Source: Rebecca billardiae RCC1528
Taxonomy: Eukaryota > Protista > Haptophyta
Reading direction: 5' to 3'
Assembly: GCA_965240325.2 (NCBI GenBank)
Contig: OZ251223.1
Location: 3,038,001 to 3,102,000, forward strand
DNA length: 64,000 nt
The stretch's first letter is position 1. Every line of letters starts with the position of its first letter. The notes below the pieces were generated by a model that was not told the origin of the DNA, made no database searches, and worked only from the letters and a program-made list of their open reading frames with translations. Positions 1 to 12,090 of this stretch are shown piece after piece. The position numbers and the translations under genes were made by a program.

Positions 1-1024
1 TCGCGCCCGCCGCGCCCGCCGCCGCGCCCGTCACGCCGTCCGAGTAGAAGCGCACGCGCGTGGGAGGCGCGGAGTGACCCGAGCGCGCGCGCAGCAGCCG
101 CGCGCCGCCCGACGGCTGGTCGAAGAGCCACATGCGCAGCGCGTTGTCCGCGCCGGAGGTGAGCAGGACGGGCTCGCCGTGCAGGAAGTGCGCGGCGCGC
201 ACGTCCGAGTCGTGCGCGAACTCGATCTGCGCCGCGAGCTTGCGCTCGTCCAGCTGCCACAGCGCGACGTGGCCGGTGTCGCTCGCAGACGCCAGGATGG
301 GCACGCCGTCCGTGCGGAAGGCGAGGGCGCACGCCGCGCCCGAGTGCATCTCGAACGAGGCGAGGGTCGCGTCCTCGCGCAGGTGGTGCAGCAGCACGCG
401 CCCCGACTCCAGACCCACCGCCACCACGTCCACCGCCGTCGCCTGCGCGAGCGCGCGCACGGCCGAGCCCCAGCCGACAAATCGGTACACGCGCCGCCCC
501 GAGCGCACGTTCCACAGCTCGAGCGCGCCCGAGCGGCCGCCGACGAGCAGCTTGTTGAGGTAGGTCGCCGGGTGCAGGATCGCCGTCGGGGCCATGTCGG
601 GCGACAGGGACACGCTCGCGGCAGGCGCGTCGAAGTCGGCGGCGGTGCCGACCACGTGCCACGCATTCAGCTGCCGCCCCGCGCACACCGACACGAGCAG
701 CTCACCGAGGCGGGTGAGGAGGCGCACCGGGTGCGCGTGCCCGCGCAGCACGCCAAGCTCGTCGACACGGTGCACGACGTGCACGTCCGCGCCGACCGCG
801 GCGAACGTGTAGTCGCCGTGCACCTCGAGCGCCGTGATGCGCCCTGGCAGCTGTGGGCCGACAAAGCGCACGCGCAGGTTGGCGCAATTATACACCTGGA
901 AGGCGCGCCCGACGCTCGTGGTGACGAAGGTCTCTGTTCCACGCCGCTGCACCACCGCGGGGGTGCTGTCGCTCACGAACCCCGCCGCGCGGTACGGCGT
1001 CAGAAGCGCGCCGCTCGCGGCCAT
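1..1024 (-). CDS. UTP21: U3 snoRNA-associated WD40 protein UTP21/WDR36, 5' part (runs off the window edge)
   Basis: Translated manually from the ATG at 1024 (not in the ORF track because it is open to the edge): MAASGALLTPYRAAGFVSDSTP..RRGTETFVTTSVGRAFQVYN..LHPATYLNKLLVG..LWNVRSG..FLHGEPVLLTSGADNALRMWLFD..RLLRARSGHSAPP. These are hallmark UTP21 motifs. Confidence 0.93.
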   Translation of the reverse strand, partial: MAASGALLTPYRAAGFVSDSTPAVVQRRGTETFVTTSVGRAFQVYNCANLRVRFVGPQLPGRITALEVHGDYTFAAVGADVHVVHRVDELGVLRGHAHPVRLLTRLGELLVSVCAGRQLNAWHVVGTAADFDAPAASVSLSPDMAPTAILHPATYLNKLLVGGRSGALELWNVRSGRRVYRFVGWGSAVRALAQATAVDVVAVGLESGRVLLHHLREDATLASFEMHSGAACALAFRTDGVPILASASDTGHVALWQLDERKLAAQIEFAHDSDVRAAHFLHGEPVLLTSGADNALRMWLFDQPSGGARLLRARSGHSAPPTRVRFYSDGVTGAAAGAAGA

Positions 1025-1207
1025 GGCTTCACGCGGACCGTCCGCGATACGTGGGCGGTGGGAGGAGATCCGGTACAGTACAGGTGAGTCCGGGTCGCTG
1101 CTACCTGTATTATACCGAGTACCTCGGCCGACGAGCTGGAGTGCTTTCGCCTCGGCAAGGGCTGCCGAGCGACAAGGGCCCCACCACCGTCGTCAGGCGT
1201 CGGCGAC

Positions 1208-1675
1208 ATGCTCGCTCGGGCGCTGCTCGGCGCCCGCGCCGGCCCCGTGCGGCCACTGGTGCACGCGGCACGTGCCGCGTCGTCGACGCCACCCGCCTCC
1301 CTTCGCGAGGCGAAGAAGTACGAGCCGCCCCCGCTCGTCGACCTTTCAATCGAGGCTGATCCCAAGCTGACCGAGAAGGACATTCACGCGAACCCAAACA
1401 AGCTGCTTCCCGAGAGGCAGGAGTTGATCTGGGACGATGGCACCGCCCGTACAGAGTGGTACATCGACCGTGAGTGCTGGACCGTCACCAACGGCCAGGC
1501 CGCCAGCCGGCTTCTGGGCGCCATCTTCCTCGGCCTGGGCGGATTTGCCTACTTCATGAAGTACAACTACACGAATATTGGCTATGGCGCGGCGTGGGTG
1601 CCGCGTGAGATGCCGTTCGACAATGCTGCCATTGCTTACGGCCGGGCGTCGGCGAGTGACGACGACGACGAGTGA
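1208..1675 (+). CDS. NDUFB8: Mitochondrial complex I accessory subunit NDUFB8 (ASHI)-like
   Basis: Arg/Ala-rich presequence (MLARALLGARAGPVRPL). ELIWDDGT..E..ID, one TM helix, then PREMPFDN, matching the plant/algal NDUFB8 pattern (ELxWDNG..E..ID ... PxxYPYDN). Confidence 0.75.
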   Translation: MLARALLGARAGPVRPLVHAARAASSTPPASLREAKKYEPPPLVDLSIEADPKLTEKDIHANPNKLLPERQELIWDDGTARTEWYIDRECWTVTNGQAASRLLGAIFLGLGGFAYFMKYNYTNIGYGAAWVPREMPFDNAAIAYGRASASDDDDE

Positions 1676-2069
1676 GCAGCTTGGCCACCGCGGAGCCACG
1701 GCGTGACCGGTGATCTGGCGGACCGGCAGCGGCACGGTCCTGCCTCTGGGACGTCTGCGGCAACCGCTCTGCTGGGATCTCCCCGCTGCGCGACTGATGG
1801 TCGTATCCGCCTGCACAGTGCACCGTCATTCACAACTATCCAGCAGCGACAATGCCACTCGCACAGCGTCGCCCAGGACACTGTCAGCGGTCAGCAGTCC
1901 GCAGCACGTGCGCTGGCCGGCTGGCCAGCTGCCTGCCCTCTCCAATATTAGGCACAAAAGTAATGTTTTAACAAATAAAAGGGAGTTCGCGCAGCGTCCG
2001 GGCGCCGGACCCACCCTCCGACCTCCGCCCGCCGCGTTGACGCACGGGTGGGCGCACGGCGTGTTCGCC

Positions 2070-4624
2070 ATGCCACCACCCACGGCTCGCGGTGGCGAGG
2101 AGTCCCCGTCCGCCAGCCCGCCCGAGGTCGACCTTAGCGGGGTCTTGTTCAAACGCTCCTTCCTGCGCAACGAGTGGCAGCGCCGCTTCTTTGTCCTGCA
2201 GTCGGACGCGGATGGTTTCCGCATCGCGTACTGGCACGAGCAGCCGAAGGCGATGGATACCTCGTCGAGCCCGCCGCGCAAGCAGTTTACTCTACGCACA
2301 TCCGACTCGCCGGACCTTGCGCACCGCTGGGCGGTGATGTCCTCCTCACTGAGGCCCGCAGCGTTTGCGCTGCAGATGCCCAGGCAAACCATGCTGCTGT
2401 GCGCCGAGTCGGAGCTGGAGCGCACGCGCTGGGTGGACGGCCTGGGCAAGCTCATCAAGCAGGCCAGAACGTCGGCGGGGCGAGCGAACGGCACGCCCCC
2501 CAACCCCGCCACTCGCGCACTCCGGTACACGCCCACCACCGACACGCGATCCGACTCGCCGCCGAGCGATCGAGGCGAGGCGGACGCGGGCCACCGGCCG
2601 AGCCGGAGGTCGTGGCCCAACCTCCCGGAGCGCTGGTCTGCACCCGCGGAGCACGGCGTCGGGCGAGGCGTCTCGCCCGCGACGAGCGGGCGGCAGGCAT
2701 GCGGCTCGGCCGAGATGCGCCAGCAGGGCGCGAGTAAGCGCACCACGTCACGGCTGTGGGAGGTGAGCGCGCGCCCCTGCCACCGGCCGTGACGAGCGCG
2801 CATTTGCGCGCCGCGGGCTGGCCCGTTGCGCACCAGCGCGCTCACGAGCGCTGGCCCCGCTGGCACTGTACGCCCGCGCGCGCCCGCAGGAGCCCACGCG
2901 CGTGGCCGTCCCGCTCTCCGAGGTGGACGCGGAGGAGGACGAGGAGCCGCTCTCTGCGCAGACGCTCGAGTGCGCGCCGCAGCCGCGGCTGTACACGCAC
3001 CTGATCCGCAAGCTGCGGCCGGGGCAGGACCTGAGCAAGGTGCTCATCCCGTCGTGCTTCCTCGAGCGGCGCTCGCTCCTCGAGAAGTTCGCCGACGCGT
3101 GGCTGCACGTCGACCTGCTGCTCGAGGCGACGGCGCTGCTCGACCCGCTCGAGCGCTTCTTGCAGGTGCTGCGCTGGTACTGCTCGGGCTGGCAGAACCA
3201 CTACCCGCCCGGGCTGATCAAGAAGCCGTACAACCCGATCATCGGGGAGACCTTCTCGTGCTTCTGGAGCGTGCCCGGCGCCGGCGTGACGGAGTATTTC
3301 GCCGAGCAGGTGAGCCACCGCCCGCCCGTCTCTGCGATCTTTGTGAAGAACGCCACGTGCGGCGTCAAGTGCGGCGGCCAGGTGTTCACGCGCTCGCAGT
3401 TCCGCGGCAACTCGGCGCTGTCGATGATGGAGGGCTTCTTCTCCGTCGAGCTCGAGCACGCCGACGAGTCGTTCCACATGACGCTACCCACGTTCTCGGC
3501 GTGCGGGCTGCTGTACGGCTCGATGCGCATGGAGATTGTCGGCTCGACCGTGCTCACGTGCCCGCAGTCGGGCTTCTCGGCGAGCGTCGAGTGGCTGTCC
3601 AAGCCGTCGATGCGCGGCGAGGAGCACGCCAACCAGCTGCACGCGAGCGTGAGCGACGCGGACGGCCGCGGCGTGTGCGAGGTGAAGGGGCGGTGGGACG
3701 GGCAGCTGCACATCACCGACCGCGCGTCGGGCGAGAGCAGCCTCTTCCTCGACCTCGAGGGGCTGCACTGCTGGCCCAAGCGCGTGCTGCCCGTCGAGCA
3801 GCAGGGCCCGTTCGAGTCGCGCCGGCTGTGGCGGCACGTCACGCGGCTCGTCAACCAGCAGGCGGTCGACTGGGAGGGCGTGGACGTGGAGAAGGCGCGG
3901 CTGGAGGACTCGCAGCGGGAGCTGGCCATCCACAAGTTCCCCGGGCAGGGCGTGAACTGGGTGACCAAGAAGTTCCACCTCAAGGAGTGCGTGCACCCGA
4001 TCACGGGCAAGACGCAGCCGCTCTGGGTCTTTGACGACTCGCACGTGCAGGTGGGCGCGCGCCGTGCTGCGCCCGCGCGAGCGAGCTCGCGCCGGCCGTG
4101 TGCGCGCGCGCCCGGGGCCCCGCGTCGCGCCTCCACGCGCAGAGCGTGACGCGCGCGCGCGCGCACGCACGCGGCGCGTGCAGGCGCCCGCCGACCACCT
4201 GACGCTGCTGTACATGGCGCGCCGCTTCGCGTGGGACGGGATGGGCGAGTTCTATGGCTGGCGCGACACGGGCGCTGATCTCGTCTCGTCGCGCGCCTCG
4301 CTCGCGCGCCTCACGGGCGGTGATGACGTGCTCGACGAGCGCGACGAGCTCGACGACGCGCAGGGCGCCCTCACGCCGCGCCAGAGGTCTCACGGCTTCC
4401 CCTCGGCGCCGCCGCTGCGCGATGAGGCGTGCAGGTCGGGGGCGGCGGGCAGCTGCTCGTTCGGGTCGCTCGCCATCTTTGTGTGCGGCGTGCTGCTGGG
4501 GCTGCTGCTGCGCGGAGACACCGTCGTGCAAATACAGCTGGCGCCGAGGAGGGCAGAGACGTCGGGGCACGGCCCGGCCGCGATCAGCGGCTTGGCGACG
4601 TGGTTGAACTCTCCGCCGACATGA
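2070..4624 (+). CDS. Oxysterol-binding protein-related protein (PH + ORD + C-terminal TM; ORP5/8-like layout)
   Basis: Exons 2070-2762, 2890-4050 and 4184-4624, joined in frame by GT-AG introns. PH domain (SGVLFKR..WQRRFFVL..CAESELERTRWV), ORD motifs DLSKVLIP..LE, KKPYNPIIGETF and EQVSHRPP, and a terminal hydrophobic helix LAIFVCGVLLGLLL. Confidence 0.9.
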
Positions 4625-4762
4625 GGGCCGGCGCAGCCCGTACAGTCACTACTCAGTGCCGCACCAGCCAGCACTGACCTCGTCACTACCTGTCACACTC
4701 GTCACGGACACCCTGGTCCGACCGTACTGTACTCTCCCGGCGGTGATGACGACAGAGTCAGA

Positions 4763-5154
4763 CTCTCTCTCTCTCTCTCTCTCTCTCTCGAGTTGGTAGT
4801 CCCCTCTGCTCGGTGAGGTTGCTGCTGTCAGCGCCTCCGCCCTGCAGCGCCATACCGCAGCCGCGTCGTCGCTCGTCCGGCATCACATTCTCGTCCAGCA
4901 GCTCACGTGCTGCCGCGTCAGCTCCGCGGCGGCGGTTCACTGTTCACGGGCGCCCTCTCGACCACGGGCAGCTGCGCCTCCGCACTGCCCGCGCCTGCGT
5001 CGTTCGTTGGTAAAATCCCGACCTATATGTAACATGGTCGTTTCCCGCAATCATGATCATCGTGGACTGTCTCAAGACGCAGTTCACGCCACGACCATCC
5101 AGCTCTCGGTCGTGCTCGACGCTTCGAGCGAGCAGGGCATGGCGGAGTGGTTAG

Positions 5155-5199
<45 letters not shown>
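4763..5199. repeat. About 365-bp non-coding segment bracketed by (CT)n on the left and (CA)n(GA)n on the right
   Basis: Microsatellites at 4763-4789 and about 5155-5199. Contains the 13-mer gattttaccaacg (minus strand), also present in the 6852/8801 inverted repeat arms. Confidence 0.6.
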
Positions 5200-5203
<4 letters not shown>

Positions 5204-5562
5204 GGCGTACACCTCCTGTGTGCCGAGCTCACAAGAGTGGTCGGAGGAGAGTGTAGCGTGCGGTGTCGTGGGCCCCCTGCCCGAGCTCGGCGCCTTGTGT
5301 CGGGACGCCCCCGTACCTTGGGCCGAGCCGCACTGATCGAATAAACAAGAATCGCCGAGCAAGTCCTGCAGGCGGTGCCCGGTGCCGACCGGATTGGCTG
5401 CCGAAAAGGGGTCCGACCAGGACTGCGCGCGCTGGGCGGGCTGGTTGATGATGCCAAGCGAGCCGGATCTTGGTGTCGCTCTTAGACACTCAGTTATTGT
5501 GCCAATCACGCCACATAGCCATTAGTATATCAGTAGAATATATGATGCGCTGACATCATCGC

Positions 5563-6428
<866 letters not shown>

Positions 6429-6630
6429 AGTCGGATATTGAGCAGTAGTATAGTGATCCGATGACGACCGTGAGCACGGCTTATTGGTCTTGAGGAGTTG
6501 AGCTGCCAGGTGTCCGTATAAACAGTTGACAGTCCACTTATCTGTTATCAGAGTACTCTGTACTGATGATACTGACGATTCACTCATCAAGATTGTCATG
6601 AGTGACTGAATACTAAGTCCACTGACTGAT

Positions 6631-6720
6631 CAGACACAGCGTCATTGCGTCAGCTGCCGTCGTCGTCAGTGGCACGACGTCCACAGACACAGCGTCATTG
6701 CGTCAGCTGCCGTCGTCAGT
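6631..6720. repeat. Short direct duplication (about 38-bp unit cagacacagcgtcattgcgtcagctgccgtcgtc..agt, two copies)
   Basis: The unit is visible at about 6631 and about 6684. Confidence 0.85.
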
Positions 6721-6851
6721 ACTCAGAAAGCAGCCGTTGACAAGTGACAACCGGACGGTGACAGCCGGACAGCCACCAAAAATTGCGTCCGTGGTCGTCC
6801 TCACGTCCTGCGTGTAGCCTGTCCGGCCCCCCTCCGCTGGCTACGGGGGGC

Positions 6852-8801
6852 CTGCCGAAAGTCTGCTCTAGCGGGACCCCCGCGCACTGGGGCTGCACTG
6901 GGCGCGAGCTCGGCGGGGACGTGGCGAGCGGGTCGGTGCGCGCCGCGGGCTGGGTGCGCGATTTTACCAACGTATCGGTCGATCTGACCCTTCCCGTCGC
7001 GCCGCTCTTGCCCTCGCGGCCTCTCTTCCCCCCAACACGGGTGCGCGCAGCCGCTCGAACAGCCTGGCTGCAGGTCTTTCACAGACGGCGGGCCGCGTGC
7101 AACCTGCGCGGGTGAAGAGGGGTGGCTTGTTGCGTGGTTGCGTGGCTGACGCTCATATGTGGCCTTGCGAGCCTTTGTGTGCGAGGTTACTTGCCCACAT
7201 CCGCTCTCGCGTGTCATGCGCGCGTGTAACGTACACCATCGGATCTCCGCTGCGCTTGCGCTTGTCCATCTGCTGCCAGCTGGGCCAGCGTGGGGCCACT
7301 GCAGGCACTAAGACGGTGACGCCATATCGTTGACATGTTATGTCGCATGCTTGTGGCCTTCGTCTTTGCCATCTGCGTGCTTGATATTGAAGGCAGTGCT
7401 TCTGGCAGGTGCATTCCTGAAGTTGCCCGTCGAGTCACCCTCGGCTCCCGCGTCACTGTGTTACACAGACTCACAGCTCCGGTGCGAGAGGGGAATCATC
7501 AAGCATCGTCGCCCGCATGCTTGTGGCGTACAAGCACGCTCCGAGCGGGCAGGCTGCCGTCCCGTTCTCCGACGCAACGCGCCACAAGGTCATGTCGCTA
7601 GCGTGGCCGGGTTTAAAATTAAATCCACTGCGATGAATAAAATATTAATAAAAGAAACGAATATTGAGCAACCCCGCCCGCCGGCCAGGCCGACTACCTC
7701 CCCCACGGCTAGGGTGAGCGCCATCCCCGACCGCACCGGCGGCTGGCGAGAGCATCCACGCAGACTACTCTCACTAGCTTACTGCATCAACTCGGACCGT
7801 CACTCGTCAGCCGGGACCGACGGCGGCAACGGCGTGACGACCGACGACTGCAAGTCACAGCGGCATCTCAGTGATCAGCATCGGCGACGACTCCCTCATC
7901 CGCGGCTAACGCGCTCACATCCTCCGCCTCCAATCAGTACTTCGACAGACGAATCAGGAGAGCTGCGTCCTCATGCCTGGTGTGTCTTTAAATCCTAGAA
8001 TTGTCAGAGTACAGTAGCGCTGTAGTGCAGCAGCGGCAGCAGGAGAGTGCGCACACCGCGCCGGCGACGTGGACAAGCCGACGCTTGATCTAGTACGTTG
8101 CTGACTTCATCTGCCATCCGATGATCAGCCGTGCGGTGCCCCATCACCCAAGCTATCCTGGGCACTGGCCTCTCAGCCTGGCGCGATGCCCGTCGTCACA
8201 GGTTGACACGAATGGCGAGTCAGATGCCCATGTCGTTTTGGCTGCTGGACTCCGCTTCACAGTGCACACCTCCAGTGGACGGGAGGAACGTAACGCAGCG
8301 CGCGCACTTGCACTCGCCTGGATGCGAGCCCGTCAGAATGTCGACGATCTCGCGCGCGACGTGGATAGCCAGTGGCAGTGGCCTCGGCTGCTGCAAGGCG
8401 GGTCGCATACGGCATAGTGTTCGTTGCACGCGCGCATGACACGCGAGAGCAGATGTGGGCTAGTAACCTCGCACACAAAGGCTCGCAAGGCCACACACGG
8501 GCGTCAGCCGCGTAACCACGCAACAAGCCACCCCTCTTCACCCGCGCAGGTTGCACGCGGCCTGCCGTCTGTGAACGACCTGCAGCCAGGCTGTTCAAGC
8601 GTCTGCGCGCACCCGTGTTGGGGGGAAGAGAGGCCGCGAGGGCAAGAGCGGCGCGACGGGGAGGGTCAGGTCGACCGATACGTTGGTAAAATCGCGCACC
8701 CAGCCCACGGCGCGCGCCGACCCGCTCGCCACGTCCCCGCCGAGCTCGCGCCCGGAACGACCCCAGTGCGCGGGGGTCCCGCTAGAGCAGACTTTCGGCA
8801 G
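6852..8801. mobile_element. Long inverted repeat (arms about 6852-7236 and 8417-8801) around a decayed interior; probable non-autonomous DNA transposon or two inverted element ends
   Basis: The left arm begins ctgccgaaagtctgctctagcgggacc and the right arm ends ggtcccgctagagcagactttcggcag. The arms are near-identical reverse complements (ORFs 6801-7217(-) and 8424-(+) translate almost identically). Confidence 0.7.
7640..7993 (+). repeat. Dispersed repeat, copy A (homolog on the minus strand at about 11527-11995)
   Basis: tacttcgacagacgaatcaggagagctgcg..tgtgtctttaa matches the reverse complement of 11527-11585; homology continues with many small indels. Confidence 0.7.
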
Positions 8802-8919
8802 CCTCTACACAGCAGTGTAGAGTCGGACAGCCTATCCTGCGTGCGGTTGTCGGAAAGTGATCAACGAGCCCGCCGCGATAACGTCAGGCCGTCATCGTCG
8901 TCGGTAAGGCACGTCGACG

Positions 8920-11060
8920 ATGCCATCGCGCCGCGTGCTAGTGCTCGCCCTGGCGGGGATCGGCGCCCTACTGTGCGGCGTTCTGTTCTTTCAGCGCGAC
9001 ACGGCGACCTCATCCTCGCTGCGGAGCGACGCATCGCCCGCGCCGATCGCCGCGGCGTACATGGGTGGCGGCTGGCGCGCCATGTTTGCGTGCGCGGGCT
9101 TGACTCGCGCACTCCAGCGCGCCGGGCTGTTCGGTCCGGAGCACGTCGACCAGCTGCAGGTGCTCTCCGGCAACTCGGGCGGCGCGTGGTTCCTAACCCA
9201 GCTCACGTACTCGGAGGCCTTTTACGAGAACGTAACGGGTACTGACCACACCATCCAGAAGTTGGTGCTGGATTGGATGGACAAGCAGCGCCCGCAGCTG
9301 CAGCCCCCGTCGGCAGAGGTCGTGGCGAATTTCACCACGTGGTTCGGCCCCGGCACCTTGGGAACGCTTCTGTTCGTGAACGTCTTCACCATGCTCGACG
9401 TCTTCCGCGCGCACCCCGCTCTGACATATCTCTTCTGCGCAACGATCACTGACAACACTGCGAACTGCGAGTTCCTGATCAGCGCGCTCGTGGGCGGGCT
9501 CTCGCTTGGCGCGGAGACGGAGGGAAGCTGGTGCGCGCGTCAGCCGTTCGCGCGCCCGCGCATGCAGCGCGCCCGAGAGTGCGCCATGTCGGCTGGCCCT
9601 GGCGAGCACGACTGTAGTGCACACGCGTGGATGAGAGGAAACACACCGCCGCGCCGAACACCCGCCCCGTCCCCCACCTCCTCTGCGTTTGGACCTGCAG
9701 GCACCTCGTGATCGAGCGCATGCTCAACACGGCAGACCCCACGCTCAAGGAGAAGACCGCGACGACGCGAGACCGGCACGCCAAGCTGCTCGGCCCCGAG
9801 CTGCGCGTGATGATCTCCAACATGACGTCGAGCTATGCCAACTACGGCGGGAACCTGGCGCCGACCCTCAGCTGGCGCCTCAACGAGGAGGGCCAGCCCT
9901 CGTCGATGGCGGCGGTGCCGGTCGTGTGGAGGATCCCCGGCACGGCGGACACGCCAAGCGGCTTCGCCTCGGAGCCAATCTCGATGCGCGAGGCCACCAT
10001 GTCCGCCACCAACTCCAGGCAGTCTGGCGGCTTCACGACTGCGCCGCTGCCGCCCGCCTGGCTCGGCGCGGACGCCCCGCCTGTGAGCGCGGTGGCCGCG
10101 CTCTCGTCGGCTGCGGCCGCGTTCCTCGGCTCCGCCAACTGGACGTTGAGCGAGTTTGGCCTGCTGGACTCGAGCGTCGAGAAGGCCGAGGGCGACGGCA
10201 CCACTGTCGACCTCGACGGTACCGGGCTCGACGACGCGGACAAGGACGCAGCCGCTGCGGCGGCGGAGATGTGCGTCGCGCTGCTCCAGGACGCGTCCAA
10301 CGGCCCCGGCGGCGAGGTCTCCACGAAGTGCCAGGAGGTGCTCGACGAGCAGTGCAAGCCGCTCATCCACTGGAAAGAGCTCCCTCAGTATGAGCTGCTC
10401 AGCAAGCTCGTCCTGTGCCCCCTCGGCATCGTCGCCTTCTGCGCCGCCGAAGACGCCGCCACCGCCGTCTTGACCAAGTTCCAGGACATGGCCCCTTGCG
10501 TGCAGCAGCCGAGGGCCGACCCGCTCAAGTTCGACGACCGACGGTGCGAGTTTCCGCAGGTGCGGATGGCGGACGGCGGCTTCACGGACAACTCGGCCGT
10601 CGCGACCGCGGTCGCTGGCATGCAGGAGCAGGCGGGCGGCGAGGTGCGCCCGCTGCGCGTGATTGCCGTCGCCAACGAGGCCTGCTCACCGCCCGATTGC
10701 ATCAAGGAGTCCATGCAGATGCTCTTCCGCGGCTCCAAGGATACCAACCCGGTCCAGCCGGCGCCGCAGCCCCTCGTATTCGACTACGAGTGGGCCGACG
10801 TTGCCTTCGAGCTCGCGCCCGGCACCAAATACGTGAACGTGGCGCAGGTCTCGACGGTGACACTCGAGAACCAGTGGTACGGCGTGCGGGCGGGCTTCCC
10901 AATCGAGGCGCTCCTTCTCTCCGTTGACTCGCCCGTGTCGACGATGGTGGGGATCTCGACGGACCCGGCGGTGATCGCTCTGATGGCGGTTGCGTCGGAG
11001 GAGGCGAGCTCGCCCGGCGTGGTCGGGTACATCCAGGCATGGCTCCGGAGCACTGCGTGA
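8920..11060 (+). CDS. Patatin/cPLA2/lysophospholipase-like acyl hydrolase with N-terminal signal anchor
   Basis: Exons 8920-9530 and 9701-11060 (intron 9531-9700, GT-AG, phase 2). Oxyanion motif GGGWRA, nucleophile motif GNSGG and catalytic Asp motif DGGFTDN. Confidence 0.8.
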
Positions 11061-11526
11061 GGTCGATCGGAGCCACTCAACTCCTACGCGCAGCAACGGA
11101 CGTGGACGTCTCCTTGGCGGGCTGGCGTCGGGCGCGGGCAGCCTGGACTCTGGACCGGTTACGCGGCTCCTCCACCGCACCCGCACACCGGCTACGTGGC
11201 GACGCTCGGCACCCAGCCGTAGAAGTATCTGTCCATCGTCGCTCCCCTCCCTCCGCGAGCGCGGACCAAGCCCGGTCGTCCTGACGACCTGACCAGCCGA
11301 CGCGGCGCCGGCTCGGCGGCCTGGGCAAACGTGTACGTTCGCACTCTCGCCGGTCCAGCGTCGCCAACGAGTGCGGCAGTACCATAGCAGGAGATTTAGT
11401 CTCAGCTTGCCAAAGCCGCCCAATAATCAGAGAGAGAGAGAGAGACCGGCACGCGTTTCGTCATGCAGTGCATGCCGGGCCACTCGCCAACTATTATAAG
11501 CTAATTGACTATAATTATCTATGATT

Positions 11527-11995
11527 TATTAAAGACACAGGCACGAGGGCGCAGCTCTCCTGATTATTCGTCTGTCGAAGTAAGCGCTACTGAATGGCGT
11601 CCGCGGAGGATGTCGGAGTCGCGCGTTGGCCGCGGGTGAGGGAGTCCGGTTGTCGCAGATGCTGATCACACGGTCACGGAGGTAGTAGGCGCCCAGGGAT
11701 GCCGCTGTATTTGCAGTCGTCGCCGGCCTTGGTCATCATGTAGTTGCCCGCGTCGTCGTCCGAGGCTGTTCTTTCTGTGTTCAAGTTGATGATGCCGTAG
11801 TGCAGGCAGGTAGTGGATGTACGGTCGCCCGGGCCGGTGTGCGCGGCCTTGGTCTTGCCGAGTTGTGAGGGAGTAGTCGCCCTTGCCGTTGAGGGAGTCG
11901 TTGTCCTTGCCGTTGAGGAAGTCGTCGCCCTACTGGTCAGCGTGCCACGGCATTACATAAGCGCATTTATTATGGCGGGCCGTATTTATTAATAC
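11527..11995 (-). repeat. Dispersed repeat, copy B, including about 24-bp internal tandem units
   Basis: Reverse-complement homology to 7640-7993; ccttgccgttgagg units repeated at about 11881 and 11905. Confidence 0.65.
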
Positions 11996-12090
11996 TGTAG
12001 CAGCATAATCCTGAATCCACGACCGCCATATAACGGCACTCGGCAGGCCGTCAGCGCCTGTCGCTAGCTAGACAGCCTACTAGCTAGTAG

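Noticed and set aside
6631-6720. CRISPR-like repeat-spacer-repeat
   Set aside because: Only two copies, a eukaryotic context and no cas genes; it is a simple local duplication.
11860-11930. RTX-like GDDFLNGK repeats on the minus strand
   Set aside because: Only 2-3 eight-residue units inside a decayed dispersed repeat, with no intact ORF.
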